Positions 14,636 to 27,778 of a stretch of DNA of 64,000 bases are shown in pieces; positions within the stretch are counted from its first letter, which is position 1, and the number at the start of each line of letters is the position of its first letter. Below the pieces are notes generated by a model. The model was given only the letters and a program-made list of their open reading frames with translations. It ran no database searches and was not told where the DNA came from. Location of the stretch: the NCBI GenBank assembly GCA_964016885.1, contig OZ024749.1, positions 50,654,001-50,718,000 on the forward strand. Direction: 5' to 3'. The position numbers and the translations under genes are program-made. The DNA comes from Eledone cirrhosa (Eukaryota).

Positions 14636-14705
14636 TGGGCTTTCCTGATGATTTCTTTCGAATTAAACATTTCTAGTCCTGTAGAAGCCATTCCTGTATT
14701 AAACT
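14636..14705 (+). mobile_element. Family A hammerhead cassette, degenerate copy
   Basis: ATGGGCTTTC-CTGATGA(14645-14651)-TTTCTTTCGAAT-TAAAC(GAAAC mutated)-...CT-GTA-GAAGCCAT. Stem I complementarity is retained. Confidence 0.65.
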
Positions 14706-14871
14706 TGATATATATATATAGTAATAGTTATACTTATATATGGAATTTTCTAATGATTAAGAATTTATTTGTTTTAACATGTTATATGCTCCAAATATAC
14801 CCGACCTATGTCTGGAAGAAACGATCGTAAACTATTAAATTCGTTAAACATAATCTGATTGTTATCTATGT

Positions 14872-14965
<94 letters not shown>

Positions 14966-14977
14966 GGCAAGTTGCGG

Positions 14978-15011
<34 letters not shown>

Positions 15012-15018
<7 letters not shown>

Positions 15019-15307
15019 AATAACAGGAGGCTGGACTGGTGTAATTCCTTAAAAGGTTTATTATACTATGATCATTTCATTTCAATGACCGGGTTCAATA
15101 TGAATCTGGTGACATCGTCAGGTATTCGAAATATAACAAAGGAATATAATAGACAAAATCCATGTGGCTGAAAATCAGAGGCATGAGGGCGACCGAACAT
15201 TTACCAGCTTATACCCCGGTCGGCCGCCCTCAAGTCATTTAAATGATCATAGTATAATAAATCTTTTAAGGAATTACACCAGTCCAGCTCCCTGTTATTT
15301 TATAATA
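15012..15307. mobile_element. Inverted-repeat cassette in (TA)n with a degenerate hammerhead core
   Basis: Arms of ~65 bp (15012-15077 vs 15241-15307). The minus strand has CTGACGA(15121-15115)...GAAC-CCG-GTC, and there is a GC-rich hairpin at 15184-15231. Confidence 0.6.
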
Positions 15308-17844
15308 ATTAACTCCGTACTCGCACCACCAGCTACACAAACAAAGACGAGTGAGTTGCATTACATTGAGTGCTCTCCATAATATTACATCGAGGTTGAC
15401 CATACGGAATGACCAGTTCTATCCAGTGGTGAACCAACAAACCTAAATAAATATATATATATATTACCGCAACTTGCCTTTACTTACCTGGTGTCTTATA
15501 CTATCTTTCACACGCTGTCTTTCTTTTACCTGACTCTCGCTTTATCTCTTATTTCTCTAGCATTCCTTTAACCATTTATTAGTATGTTCTGATAATATTT
15601 AGACATATTTTACTAGACCTTTACAATTGAAATTCTCATCTCTCTTACTTTGCAATCGCATTTTAATTTTACATCACTTTTCTTCAACTTCTTTTAACCC
15701 GAAATTTCATCTTAGAATTTCTTCGATAGGCACAAGGGTATTATATCCCTCAGTATTAGTTTCGTTGTTATTTCGTTGTTATGATGAAAAGCATAAATAG
15801 TGTCACGGAAAACAATCTTGCAATCATGATGTCCGCTTCACCGTTGTCATTTCCAATTACATTTCGTGTATGCTATTAATTTATTCATGTTGACGTTTTC
15901 TACGATCACTACGTTTCTTATATTATTAGCACATAATTACTTTCATTCTCCTTCTTCTCCCTCCCTATTTTATTATTTCTCTTAGTCTCTCACCTTCTAT
16001 CTTTTCCACTTTTTTCTCCAGCTTCATTTAAGCTTAACTGGGCAAACTGAAAGCTTTGGTTTTATATTGATACCTCCAATAATTCGTGTTAAATCATTAG
16101 ATTCACACATTTGCAGCTTTTTCTTTTTCAAAAAACCCATAGTTGTATTTCTATTTAATGTTATATTTCTTCATTTTCACAATACCTATATTTTTTTTAT
16201 TAAGTATGTATCTATCTTACCACAGAAAATACCCCACACTTACAACTTTAGTTTTTACCAAATGCAAGTGTGCTCTGAGAACAGTAGAAACGAAATGGAT
16301 CAGCCAAAGTCCTGCTTTACTCATGCCAAATTTTATATATGACAATCAGAGCTCTAGAAATCTTGTTATTCATGGTCTCACTAGTAAAACCAAAGATATT
16401 GATTTTCATAACATTATTGATCTATTATCATTGCAGCTGGGACTCATCGGAATTTTTTGTGTCATTTTTGTATTGGTTGTATCGATATTGGATGTTTTGA
16501 GTATTTTAATGTTTTATTTTCCTAGAGTGATTCCGCTTCCATACCTTATGAAAATGATTTTATTTCGAGGAGTTATTTAACATGCGTCAGTAATCTTTAC
16601 TCATTTTCAAAATATCTACTGAATCACCGGAATAATTCGCCCCTGTCTGGCAACAGTGCAGCGGATAACAGTAGGAGAAAACTATGAACACGAAAGAATC
16701 TGTAAAGCTGTATCTACTTTCTTACTTTCGTAGTTTCCATGATTGTCCTACAATTCAAAAATGTCAAACACAAATGCTATATGTTATACTAACCAGCACT
16801 ACGATTTTTAACAGCTAGTTTCTTTTATTTATATGTGGTGTCACCCTGTTTATTTAGATTTACTTATTCATATATATTTTTCTATGTATCTCGTTTTTTC
16901 TTTTATAATTTTCTATAATACTTTGAGATTCAGCAAGTTGAAGACAGCTTTCTGACTACTAACCAACGCAATGTTAAGAGTGAAGTGACTTATATCTTCC
17001 TGCAGAAGGTATAGGTCACTTCAAAATATGGTATGTGCCACCCGCCATATTATATTAACAACAGAATAATCTACTAGAAAGAAGTGTTGTGCAGGTTTTT
17101 CTCCTCTATTAACGTAAAAGACTACCAGAGCTTATCAAACATACTGTGCATATTAAGAAACGCCAAGGTCGTGCTCTTTAATAGCAATCTTAAATGTCTA
17201 GATCTCCAGCTGTTGTTGAAGCAATCAATAACTTCCTGATGTGGTAATCTATCTCATTGAAATACCTACAGTTAACAAAGAAAATACACTATAAAAATAT
17301 GACATCTAAAGAGAAATATTAACGTTTCACTCAGAAAATATGGCAGAAAATATGGCAGTTTATAATGTTCCGATTGATATATTTAGTTTGTTTTGCCTTA
17401 GAATAGTACTGAGCGAACATATTACATTATTTGATATGCCATTTTGTAAGGTGGAAGTTGGTGTGTTTGGTGGGACATTTTGTTTTTATTGTTTAGCAAA
17501 TCAAGAGAACATATAAAAACGTTCCATGTCTGACACTATGATATCAAGAGGTATTGAATTTAATCTAAATAATTTTGTAATATTTTCTGAATATTCTGGG
17601 AAAATGTTTGATCTTGAGCCGTGCATCAATGGATACGTAAATCTTCTCGTATTCTGTATTCTCCATAAGTAATGATACTCAATATACCATCGTATTTCTC
17701 TTTCTAAACGTTATTTGTCATATTTGGTTCTTGACATTCATAGTTTGTTGACATACACATTTAGATATTGCATTCACCACAAGATAAAGCTTTGGTTATA
17801 TTTAGAAACTTACTGTTTTGATTTCACTTTTTTGCCTTCCATTA

Positions 17845-17985
17845 GTGAAAGCGTGTAGCTTAGTGGTTATGGTCTTCAGCACTCAATCGTCAGGTTGTGA
17901 GGTCGATTTACGCTGGTACATTATGTTCTTGGGCAAGACACATTATTTCACTTTGCTTCGTGTCATTCGGCTGGTAAAATGCTCA
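17845..17985 (+). mobile_element. Second, older tRNA-derived SINE family (degraded)
   Basis: tRNA-like head GCGTGTAGCTTAGTGGTTA...GGTCGATT followed by CTTGGGCAAGACACATTATTTCAC. A related relic lies at ~23296-23410. Confidence 0.55.
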
Positions 17986-19453
17986 GTCACGTGCACTTTA
18001 TTTTCACAGGCAGACTGTTCCGTTGTTCAAACTACTGGAACACCTGTTGTTGGAACCGATGGAAAACTGATAACATCTTGCATTACTTTATATATTCGGG
18101 GACCTATTTAGACTTGTCGTCAGCTCGCTACTGGCACTATATAACCCAGTACAACCTGCTTCATGGTCGGCAACTAAATTGGCTCTCTTTTCCACCAGAA
18201 TCGCAACAATAGAAAGAAACAAGAACTGTTAAAAAGGCGGATGAACTATTAGAGTCAACAGACATTTACCCAAAATATGGGTTAATTAGCAAGCAGCAAT
18301 TGGCTAAATGTGGTGTGTAAGGCTACACTCCAGAAGACATGACCAAAACCAAATAGAAAGCGGTGGAAGTCAACCAAGGAGTTCCTCCAGCAGCAGTGAG
18401 GTGAGCTTGTATTAGATTTCTAGTCACTTGTGTACGTTTACGCTAAGATCAATTCAATTAAAGACGATGATTTGAAAGCCCTTTGACTGTATTTACAACG
18501 GCCATGATGTAATAACTATATATTTGAACTATACATTGTAAGTTTTATAAACACTCGTTCGGAGTCACTGTACAATTTATGTCCAGTCTTTCAAGAATCG
18601 TAACCGTTTGTGAAATATATCATATCTATCCTCCATACATGTTTTTTTCTGTTACATATTTATTGAGCTGTTAGAGTATAAAAAGATAGATATTTGTCTA
18701 ATGAAGAAAAAAATGGAATATGCCTGCCTTTACAGCGTTTGTTCTGTTTAGAAATGATGCCAGCATTGTGAATATGAGTGAGGCAATTGCTCCTTGCTTT
18801 TACAAAGCTCACAAAGCCGGGTACACATTCAATTGCATTTATTGTAAAGGAAAACTTTCGGCGAAAAGCAAAAATTCATTCAACACTTAATATATTAACT
18901 AATATTAGAGATCAAACTTTTGTAGTAGAAATAGTAATTTTAAACCTAATAATGATGACGGTATTATTGCAATGAAATACAGAAGAGAAAACAGAAATCC
19001 GCCAATAAACGTTACACGTCTAAGGATTTTCAAAAAAAAATGATAGATGGGTTGCTATACAAACAATGACAAAAGAATGAAACATTCTTTTATAAGATAT
19101 CTCGAAATTTCTATGTTATCTATTTCCCTCTTGAAGAGAAAATTTTGGAAGAGAGTTTCTTTCTTGGACAACCAAGGTCTTTTGACCCCGAGCTAAGACT
19201 ATAAAGCATTCTATTCTTTCAGATAATAATACTCTTAGTACAAATGGTTTATTGTTATCAGAAAATGCTGAAAACACGCCAGAATCTCAATATTGCATGT
19301 AAGAAATGAAGTTGAAAGTTTACGAAGTCACTCATTTGTTGCCTATCACTATGGAATAAATCAATTAGAACTTGCTTGACAACGAGTGGAAGGATGATTA
19401 GATATGTACATGCATACATACTTATATACTTATATGCATATAAACTGTTCTGC

Positions 19454-19486
<33 letters not shown>

Positions 19487-19520
19487 AATAGACAACCAAA
19501 CACACCAACGCTCGTATATG

Positions 19521-19579
<59 letters not shown>

Positions 19580-19582
19580 ATG

Positions 19583-19623
<41 letters not shown>

Positions 19624-20728
19624 ATGTATATATATATATATATGTGTGTGTGTGTACATATATATATATATTTTATATATATATATATATATATACATAT
19701 ATATAATTATATATATATATATATATATACATATATATATAATTATATATATATATGTACATATATATATATTTATATATATATATGTGTGTGTGTGTGT
19801 GTGGGTAAAGTTTATAGTGTTAATGTGTGAATGGATGGAGGCAGACATGGTAATGTACGTGATTTAGTAAGTTTTTTTATAGTCGCAAGCATTTATAATA
19901 AATATTCTGTGTAATTGCATGTAAACGCTCTATACATTTCTAAAACAAGTTAAACACCACACATATACATTCACACACACACACACAGACACACACACAC
20001 ACAGACTCTCACACACACATACATAGGTAAATATATATATATCCAGGGAGTGTATATATATAGATAAGTATTGTGAGTATTCACGTACTTAAATACATAT
20101 ATAAGTACTTAGGTATATTGTATATGTGTATATGTGAACATACATATCAATGCTTATAGATACATATACACACACACCCATATATATATATATATATACA
20201 TATTCTTTACAGTACTTGCTTAGTTCTATTCAGTACGGGGGTAATGCTGTAGTGTTACCAGTACACCAAGATTTTGACCTGGCTTTGATATTTCTTTGAA
20301 GTTGTCTAGCATTAAAAATAAACTCTTTTAGGTGTATTATGAACAATCGGAACTGGAATATAGGCTCGTGTATGTATGCATATAAGTATGAATACATTTA
20401 TGTTCGTATGTATGAGTGTATGCATATATATACATATATATATATAAATATATATATATGTGTGTGTGTATGTATATATGTATGTATGTATATATGTTCC
20501 TGTTTTTTTTTATGTATGCATGCGTATATGTATTACTGTATTTATGACCGCATGTATGTATATACGTATATATGACTATGTTTTTATGTATGCATACATA
20601 TATGTATGAATTTATGTAGGTAAGTACATATGAATATTTCTTTTTTTATGTATTTATATACTCACACCCATGTACAATCATATGTATGAGTGCATATATA
20701 TATATATATATGTGTGTGTGTATAAATA

Positions 20729-20763
<35 letters not shown>

Positions 20764-21616
20764 GGGGGGGGTGAGCGGAATGGGAAAATATTATACCTGA
20801 ATGTTTATGAAGAGTGCGTAGAATGCTTCACTAATACCTTTCGAGCATTAATGTTCCTTTTCATTGAAAGAGATCTATGACTGCTAGATAGTTTTTTCAA
20901 TTACATGTAGAGTTACCACGCCATACTCTCTCCTTTTTTATGTTTTCTTATTATTATTTTTCATCCTCGTCCTCTTCATCAGTTTTATCATTCTTGTAAT
21001 CATTATTACATTCATGTTTCTTATCACTATTAGATACTTCATCATTATTATCTCATTCCCTTCATACCTTATTACATCAGTATTTGATATTAATTCATTT
21101 TTATAATCAGAAAGTACTAGAATGTTATGTGTGGTTTTAAGCTACGTTCCATTAATATACGTCTTGAAATCTCGCTGTAACCAATTTCTAGGGTTTTCCT
21201 TCGTATGATAGAAAATAATAATACCTACATTAATGAAATATTAAACGTGTAGAAGAAGTAAACAAGAAAAATCTTAGGAAGAAAAGAAACAATAATGCCT
21301 TCATTAACACGTCCATACAAATTCTTCCAGAGAACCGGTGTGTAATAGAAAACAATAAAACTGTATGAATAAAAGAGAAGGCTGTCTACCAACTTCTTCG
21401 CAAGAACGTATTAGTCGAACCAAGGAGCTTTGGAAAGTCCGACCTTTAACACTTACTCTCAAATACGCGCTGAGATTTTTGGAAAGTTGGTAGTCGATGA
21501 GGCAAAGAATTGCTTAGTTTTAAACCTTTCTTTGTAATTTTGTATAAATTATTATTTATTACACACAACTACAGTCGCACTTACACACACACTATATATA
21601 TATATACATATATATA

Positions 21617-21669
<53 letters not shown>

Positions 21670-21824
21670 AATATATACATAACTATATATATATATATAT
21701 TTATGTATATATATATATTTATATATATATAAATATATATATATATAATATATACATAACTATATATATATATATATTTATGTATATATATATATTTATA
21801 TATATATATAAATATATATATATT

Positions 21825-21890
<66 letters not shown>

Positions 21891-21891
<1 letters not shown>

Positions 21892-22084
21892 GTTATTCCG
21901 GGTTGAATCGGAGGTAACCACAGTAAGTAAGGTACTCAATACATTGCAGAGTATAAAAGTTTTAATATAGATGAGATTCTACAGGACTAGAACTGTTTCA
22001 TTCTTTAGAAATCATCAGGAATCCTGATGATTTCTAAAGAATGAAACAGTTCTAGTCCTGTAGAATCTCATCTATATTAAAACT
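21891..22084. mobile_element. Fold-back hammerhead cassette, family A, with perfect 63-bp arms
   Basis: Arms 21958-22020 and 22022-22084 surround a 1-nt centre. CTGATGA 22024-22030, GAAAC 22043-22047 and GTA 22060-22062 are mirrored on the minus strand. The long tail on the left matches 1560-1638 in reverse. Confidence 0.85.
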
Positions 22085-22151
22085 ATATATATATATATAT
22101 ATTTGGTGACGCAGCTCGATGGAGCATGCAACTACGGATATACTCATGTTT

Positions 22152-22204
22152 ATAGGCTCTGATGATTCCTGCCATGGTGTATGGATGAAACACTGTTAGC
22201 TAAT
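22152..22204 (+). ncRNA. Type I hammerhead ribozyme motif in a (TA)n-embedded cassette (22105-22253)
   Basis: GGCT-CTGATGA(22159-22165)-TTCC...GGAT-GAAAC(22187-22191)-ACT-GTT-AGC. Confidence 0.65.
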
Positions 22205-22259
22205 AGCTAATATAACAATGTATTTCTATGTACTCTTTAGTTATTCCTATAACTATCTA

Positions 22260-22367
<108 letters not shown>

Positions 22368-23490
22368 TCTACAAATATATGGCTGACTTAAGTAGACAAG
22401 GCATTACAGTTAATTAATAGATTCATACTAGAATATTTTGGGCTGTAATGTACAGACATGCAGATCCATTTGCATAGGATTGTTTTCCTACGAAAATGAG
22501 AAATAAATACATCTAAACTACCTGAAATTATTGGTGGACATATTATGTAGCAGCCGCTCTGTATCATGACGACGACCAACAGCAGCAACACCAACACCAT
22601 CACCTCCACTACGTGTGTGTTAATATCGACAGACAGTCCATAAAGAGAAAACCTAGAACAATGAAAGAAAAATAATTCAAACTAACTTCTCAAGCATATG
22701 TGGTTTTGTAATACTGTTTATGTGGTGAGCAATTAAGAGAGAAATAACTGCGGCTTCTTTAACGTAGCTGTCCATAAGAGACGTTGACTTCGTATGTAAT
22801 GTAAATATTGATCAGTCGGTGTTTTATGTTATTTGTCACCTCTTCTGTCTTTCTTTTCTCTCTCTCTTTTTTTTTTTTTTTTTGTTTCGTTACTTCTGTA
22901 AACACTGTTATTATTCTAGTCAGTATCTCGATGATGTTTTTGCATTACTATATGCTTCGTAAAAACCTCTAATTTGATGCCCGTTGCATCGCAATTTTTG
23001 GCAACCTGTTGAGATTTTGACAGTTTATGTCGACATGTCTGCCGGGAAATCGTTTTGCAGATGATTTACACTGATTTTCACTGAAAACGTCCTGCTGCCA
23101 GTGTGGTAGATGGATGGTCTGTGCTGTTTTGGACACAAACAGTTGTTTAGAAAAGAAAAAAATCCCACATTAGAATAATTGCAGCTTCCAGTCATTGAAT
23201 TCTTTTAAAGAAAGCGAAATAATTGTTTGATAGCTCTTCCCTTCGATTAGAAATGTAAGAGCCGTATCTAAAATGCGTTTACTAAAAGCATTGTGAAGAC
23301 GCGTGGCTAAACATTTACCGTGTTTTACTCACAGTCGTAAAGTTATTAGTTCAATTCGTGAGGGGGAAATAACTCTTTCACTAAGACACTTTATTTTACG
23401 TAGCTCCATTCTGATACACACCTGGTCGTAGTTATAGCTTACATAACACATACACTCTCTCTACATCTACAAATATATAAGGCTATACAC

Positions 23491-23547
<57 letters not shown>

Positions 23548-23612
23548 TATAACCTTATACACACACACACAGACATATATATACATATATGTCTGTGTGT
23601 GTGTGTATAAGG

Positions 23613-23662
<50 letters not shown>

Positions 23663-23877
23663 GTAAAGAAACGTAGTAAGTAGAGCCCGTTCTTACCGGT
23701 GAAATGCACGTCCTCTAGTATGGTTTGCTAATTTGTAGAGGAACTAACTTTCTCCCCCCCCCCTCTCTATGAATATATATATATATGTGTGTAGGAGGTG
23801 AGTTTTATTGTAGTACAATAAAGCAATGCAAATATCGGATAAGTAGCACTCTACAGTTTGTAGGACTGGAGTATTAA

Positions 23878-24230
23878 TAATATAAGATCAAAAGATGGTT
23901 AAAAGAGTTCCAAGTATTTTATTATGCGCATTTCAAAAACGAATATCATCATGAGATGATATCTGCGTTTTCATCAGATAAAATAGGGATACATGACATG
24001 AAGGTTAAAAAATACATGAATAGTGAAGTTTTAAATCAACATATTTGTTTTAAATCAACATATATGTTGATTTAAAACTTCACTATTCACAAGTATTTTT
24101 TAACCTTCATATCATGTATCCCTATTTTATCTGATGAAAACGCAGATATCATCTCATGATGATATTTGTTTTTGAAATGCGCATAATAAAATACTTGGAA
24201 CTCTTTTAACCATCTTTTAATCTTATATTA
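23878..24230. mobile_element. Long fold-back palindrome (~165-bp arms) carrying two complete hammerheads
   Basis: Centre at 24062/24063 with a few arm mismatches and a short duplication near the axis. Ribozyme motif at 24123-24193 (+) and 23915-23985 (-). Confidence 0.85.
24123..24193 (+). ncRNA. Complete type I hammerhead ribozyme motif
   Basis: Stem I TATTTTAT/ATAAAATA, CTGATGA 24131-24137, long stem II (AAAC..GATATCATC/GATGATATT..GTTT), GAAA 24174-24177, stem III T-GCGC-A with a palindromic loop, AUA triplet 24183-24185. Confidence 0.8.
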
Positions 24231-24247
24231 TATATATATATATATAT

Positions 24248-24378
<131 letters not shown>

Positions 24379-24841
24379 ATGCACACACATTCATCTATAT
24401 ATTTATTTGTATAGGGGAAATATTTATAATTAATATATTGGAATATGTTCACGTAGTTGAACTCAAGACAATTATAAATAAAGAAATGGTGCTGTATGAA
24501 TTCTTAAGAAACGACTTAAGGACATATGCAAATCCTGGCAGTTTTAAAATTATAAAAAGGAAGATTCACTGTTGAAATGTTGATAATATTCTTTCTATAC
24601 AATGACAAACACATTGATTAGCTCTAAAGAATCATTATTTTAGAGATACTAAATGATTTATTAAAATAGAAAGCTGTGAGGAGGATTAATTTATTTAAAA
24701 AAAGATTAACGAATGTTGAGCTTCTTTTTGTCTTCTTTTTTATCTTTTTCTTCTTTTTTTCTTTTTTTTTCTGTTTCTTCTTCTTGTCGTCGTTGTTGTC
24801 GTTGTTTTTCTTGTTGTTGATGTTACTATTATTACTACTAC

Positions 24842-24900
<59 letters not shown>

Positions 24901-24901
<1 letters not shown>

Positions 24902-25099
24902 GGGCGGTGGATTGCCAGTATCGGTAGAGGGTCGGACGCCATGCTTTGACGCATAGAGTTACGGCCCTTACCTTGCCATTCTGAGTTCAAATCCCGCCAA
25001 GGTTAACTTTGCCTTTCGTCCTTACGGGGTCGATAAAATAAAGTACCAGTAATACACTGGGTAATTGCTGGCCTTGTGCCAACAGTAGAAACAATTATT
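24901..25099 (+). mobile_element. tRNA-derived SINE, full length, inserted at the end of an (ATT)n tract
   Basis: GGGCGGTGGATTG.CAGTATCGGTAGAG head (A box), GAGTTCAAATCC (B box), 3' CCTTGTGCCAACAGTAGAAACAATTATT. Confidence 0.9.
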
Positions 25100-26468
25100 T
25101 GCTGCATTCACACCAAGAACACAAAGCTGCATCTCTCATGCAATATATATTCCTATGAAAATGCCGAAGAAATAATATTTATAATAATTTGATTGGCAAC
25201 AAATATGATCTCTAATTTAGCAACAAGTTTACCAATTTGGGAAAGTAGAAAGTCACTTATTATTTTATCGACTCTGTAGGGATGAAAGACAACACATGAA
25301 CTCAATGGGATTTAAACTCAGAATGTAAAGCGCCAAAACAAATATCTCAAAGGTATTTTGTCTGATACTCTACCCATTTTGACAATCCACACCCCTGTTT
25401 ATTGTTTATGAGGACAATTTCTTTTCATGTACATAGTAATAAGAAACGCTTAGGAGAGTTGGACAGCAGATAGTCTTCTGAGAAGAAGCCAGCCTCAAGC
25501 CAATATTTTGCCCTTCAACTTCTTTCACTCTAAGGAGGCCAGGCTTCATCTAGGTCATGACACATATGTGCCCTTCTGCTGACATTTAGCCATTCAGAAA
25601 TCAGAGACAGGCTACGTATTTAAACCGTATGGAGATTTTGTTGATCGGATCTAGCTGGAATTCTGATATAATGACTGAAATTATAATCGAAAAGATATTG
25701 TGATTGTAATTTTTGAATATTTTAGATATAATTTAAAGAAACAACATACAATAGAATCGGAAAAGATAATAAGGACAACAAGAACACTTCTTGAAATATA
25801 ATAAAATTAGTCACGTATGATAACAGAGTAAAAAAAGAATTAGAAAGCAATTTACAATTGCGAAATTATAGAAAGAACATGAGAATAAAATAGATAGATA
25901 TGAAACATTGTAAAGGCGCAGGTGATAAAAATGAAGTAGAAATGAAATTATTAATGAAGAGAATAAAAAAAAAACTAATAAAAAAAAACCTTAAATGAGA
26001 ACAGAAAATAGCTGAGAAAGAATGTTCAAGTAAATTATATGAAACAAAATCTATCTAACAAAAGTTTTTGAATCAAGTGAACAAAAAAGAAATGCAGGAA
26101 ATGAAACATGAAGCAAAGGAGAGAAAAAAAAACTTGAAATTAAATGTCGCAGATAAGCGTTGATTTATGACAATATTAATAGAAGAAATAATTGCAATGT
26201 TGTAAGTGAAGACTTAAGATAAAGCAGGAGGAAATGTATGTGGTGGAAGACAACAACATCAACAACAATAATAACAATAACAACAATAACAATAACAACA
26301 ATAACAATAACAGCAACAATAACAAAGAGGGAATAATGTTAGTACAAACAGTCAGCATATTTGAACTGAAGAGAACATGACTGATAGAAGAGCTTGACAT
26401 AGTAGTAGTAATAATGGTAATGGTAGTAGTGATAGTGGTGGTAGTAGTGTTAGTAGTAGTAGTAGTAA

Positions 26469-26500
<32 letters not shown>

Positions 26501-26907
26501 CCCAGAACAAAGACATCGGCAGAAATACTACCATAAGACTCTTTGTCCAATGATTTAACCAACTTTAAGCTTATCATACTATGACTTCATAAGTCCACGA
26601 CGAATACTCTCCTAGAAATATCTTATAAATCACCCTATTATTACTACCTATACCCTTAAAAGAGAAAACCATATATTACTACCTATAGTATAGGTAGTAA
26701 TATATATATGTATAGGTCCTATACCATTGAATAATGTATTTCTATAATCTATGTGTAAAAAAACATAAACATGTTAGGCTTGATGGCTGTAATATCAATT
26801 AACAAATATATTCTTAATCAAGGTCAGATTGAACTAGGGAAATTCAATTTCATTCACACTTTCCTAAATCATATATTCAATATTAATTACCATTGTAAGC
26901 AGTATGT

Positions 26908-26981
26908 CCCACGATAGCTCAGTAGGTAGAGCGGCGGACTGTAGTTAGTTATAGGGAGTTATCATCCTTAGGTCGATGGTT
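26908..26981 (+). pseudogene. Intron-containing tRNA-Tyr(GTA) pseudogene, truncated in the T arm
   Basis: CCCACGATAGCTCAGTAGGTAGAGCGGCGGACT-GTA-G, a 19-nt intron (26945-26963) at the canonical 37/38 position, then ATCCTTAGGTCGATGGTT. The T-loop remainder and acceptor 3' strand are missing. Confidence 0.85.
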
Positions 26982-27475
26982 AGCAGAAGAAGGAGAAGAA
27001 GTGAGTTACATGGGACCAGGCCCGGTCTGACGAGCCCAGAACACAATTCCCCGACATATATTCACCTATAAAGCCCAACATCAATATCCGAATCATGCTG
27101 ACTAATCTGAAATATTTACAGAAATAAGGAGCACTGTCCTATTCTATTTTTAATAAAGGAAAAAGAAACAAAACTTATATTCAGTCAACAAAAGTATTGT
27201 ATCTCATCTCTGTATTTCAGCTTATTGAAAGAAAACATTATATGGTATCATTACGATCGATAAACAATTAGATTAAAGTATTAAATTGTATATATAAATT
27301 TAGTTTCATTTAGATTAATCTCGGATACGAAGGAGAAAACACTAAAAAAAGAGGGAGAATTATATATAAACATAATGTAGATGCGTATATATAGGAAGAC
27401 ATATGTAAACATACGAAAATGCTTCATTATATAATGTATATATATATATATATAAATATATATAAATGTATATAT

Positions 27476-27610
<135 letters not shown>

Positions 27611-27747
27611 GAGAGAGGAAAAGTGAGAGGGAGAAATACATACATCTATACTTAGAACATACAAGACCACACATATGTGTGCATATATATATATATATAT
27701 GCATCCGCACTTGGCACGGGTACATATATATATATATATATATATTC

Positions 27748-27778
<31 letters not shown>

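Noticed and set aside
24901-25000. SINE heads as functional tRNA genes
   Set aside because: They carry A and B boxes but no cloverleaf, and continue into a shared SINE body and tail.
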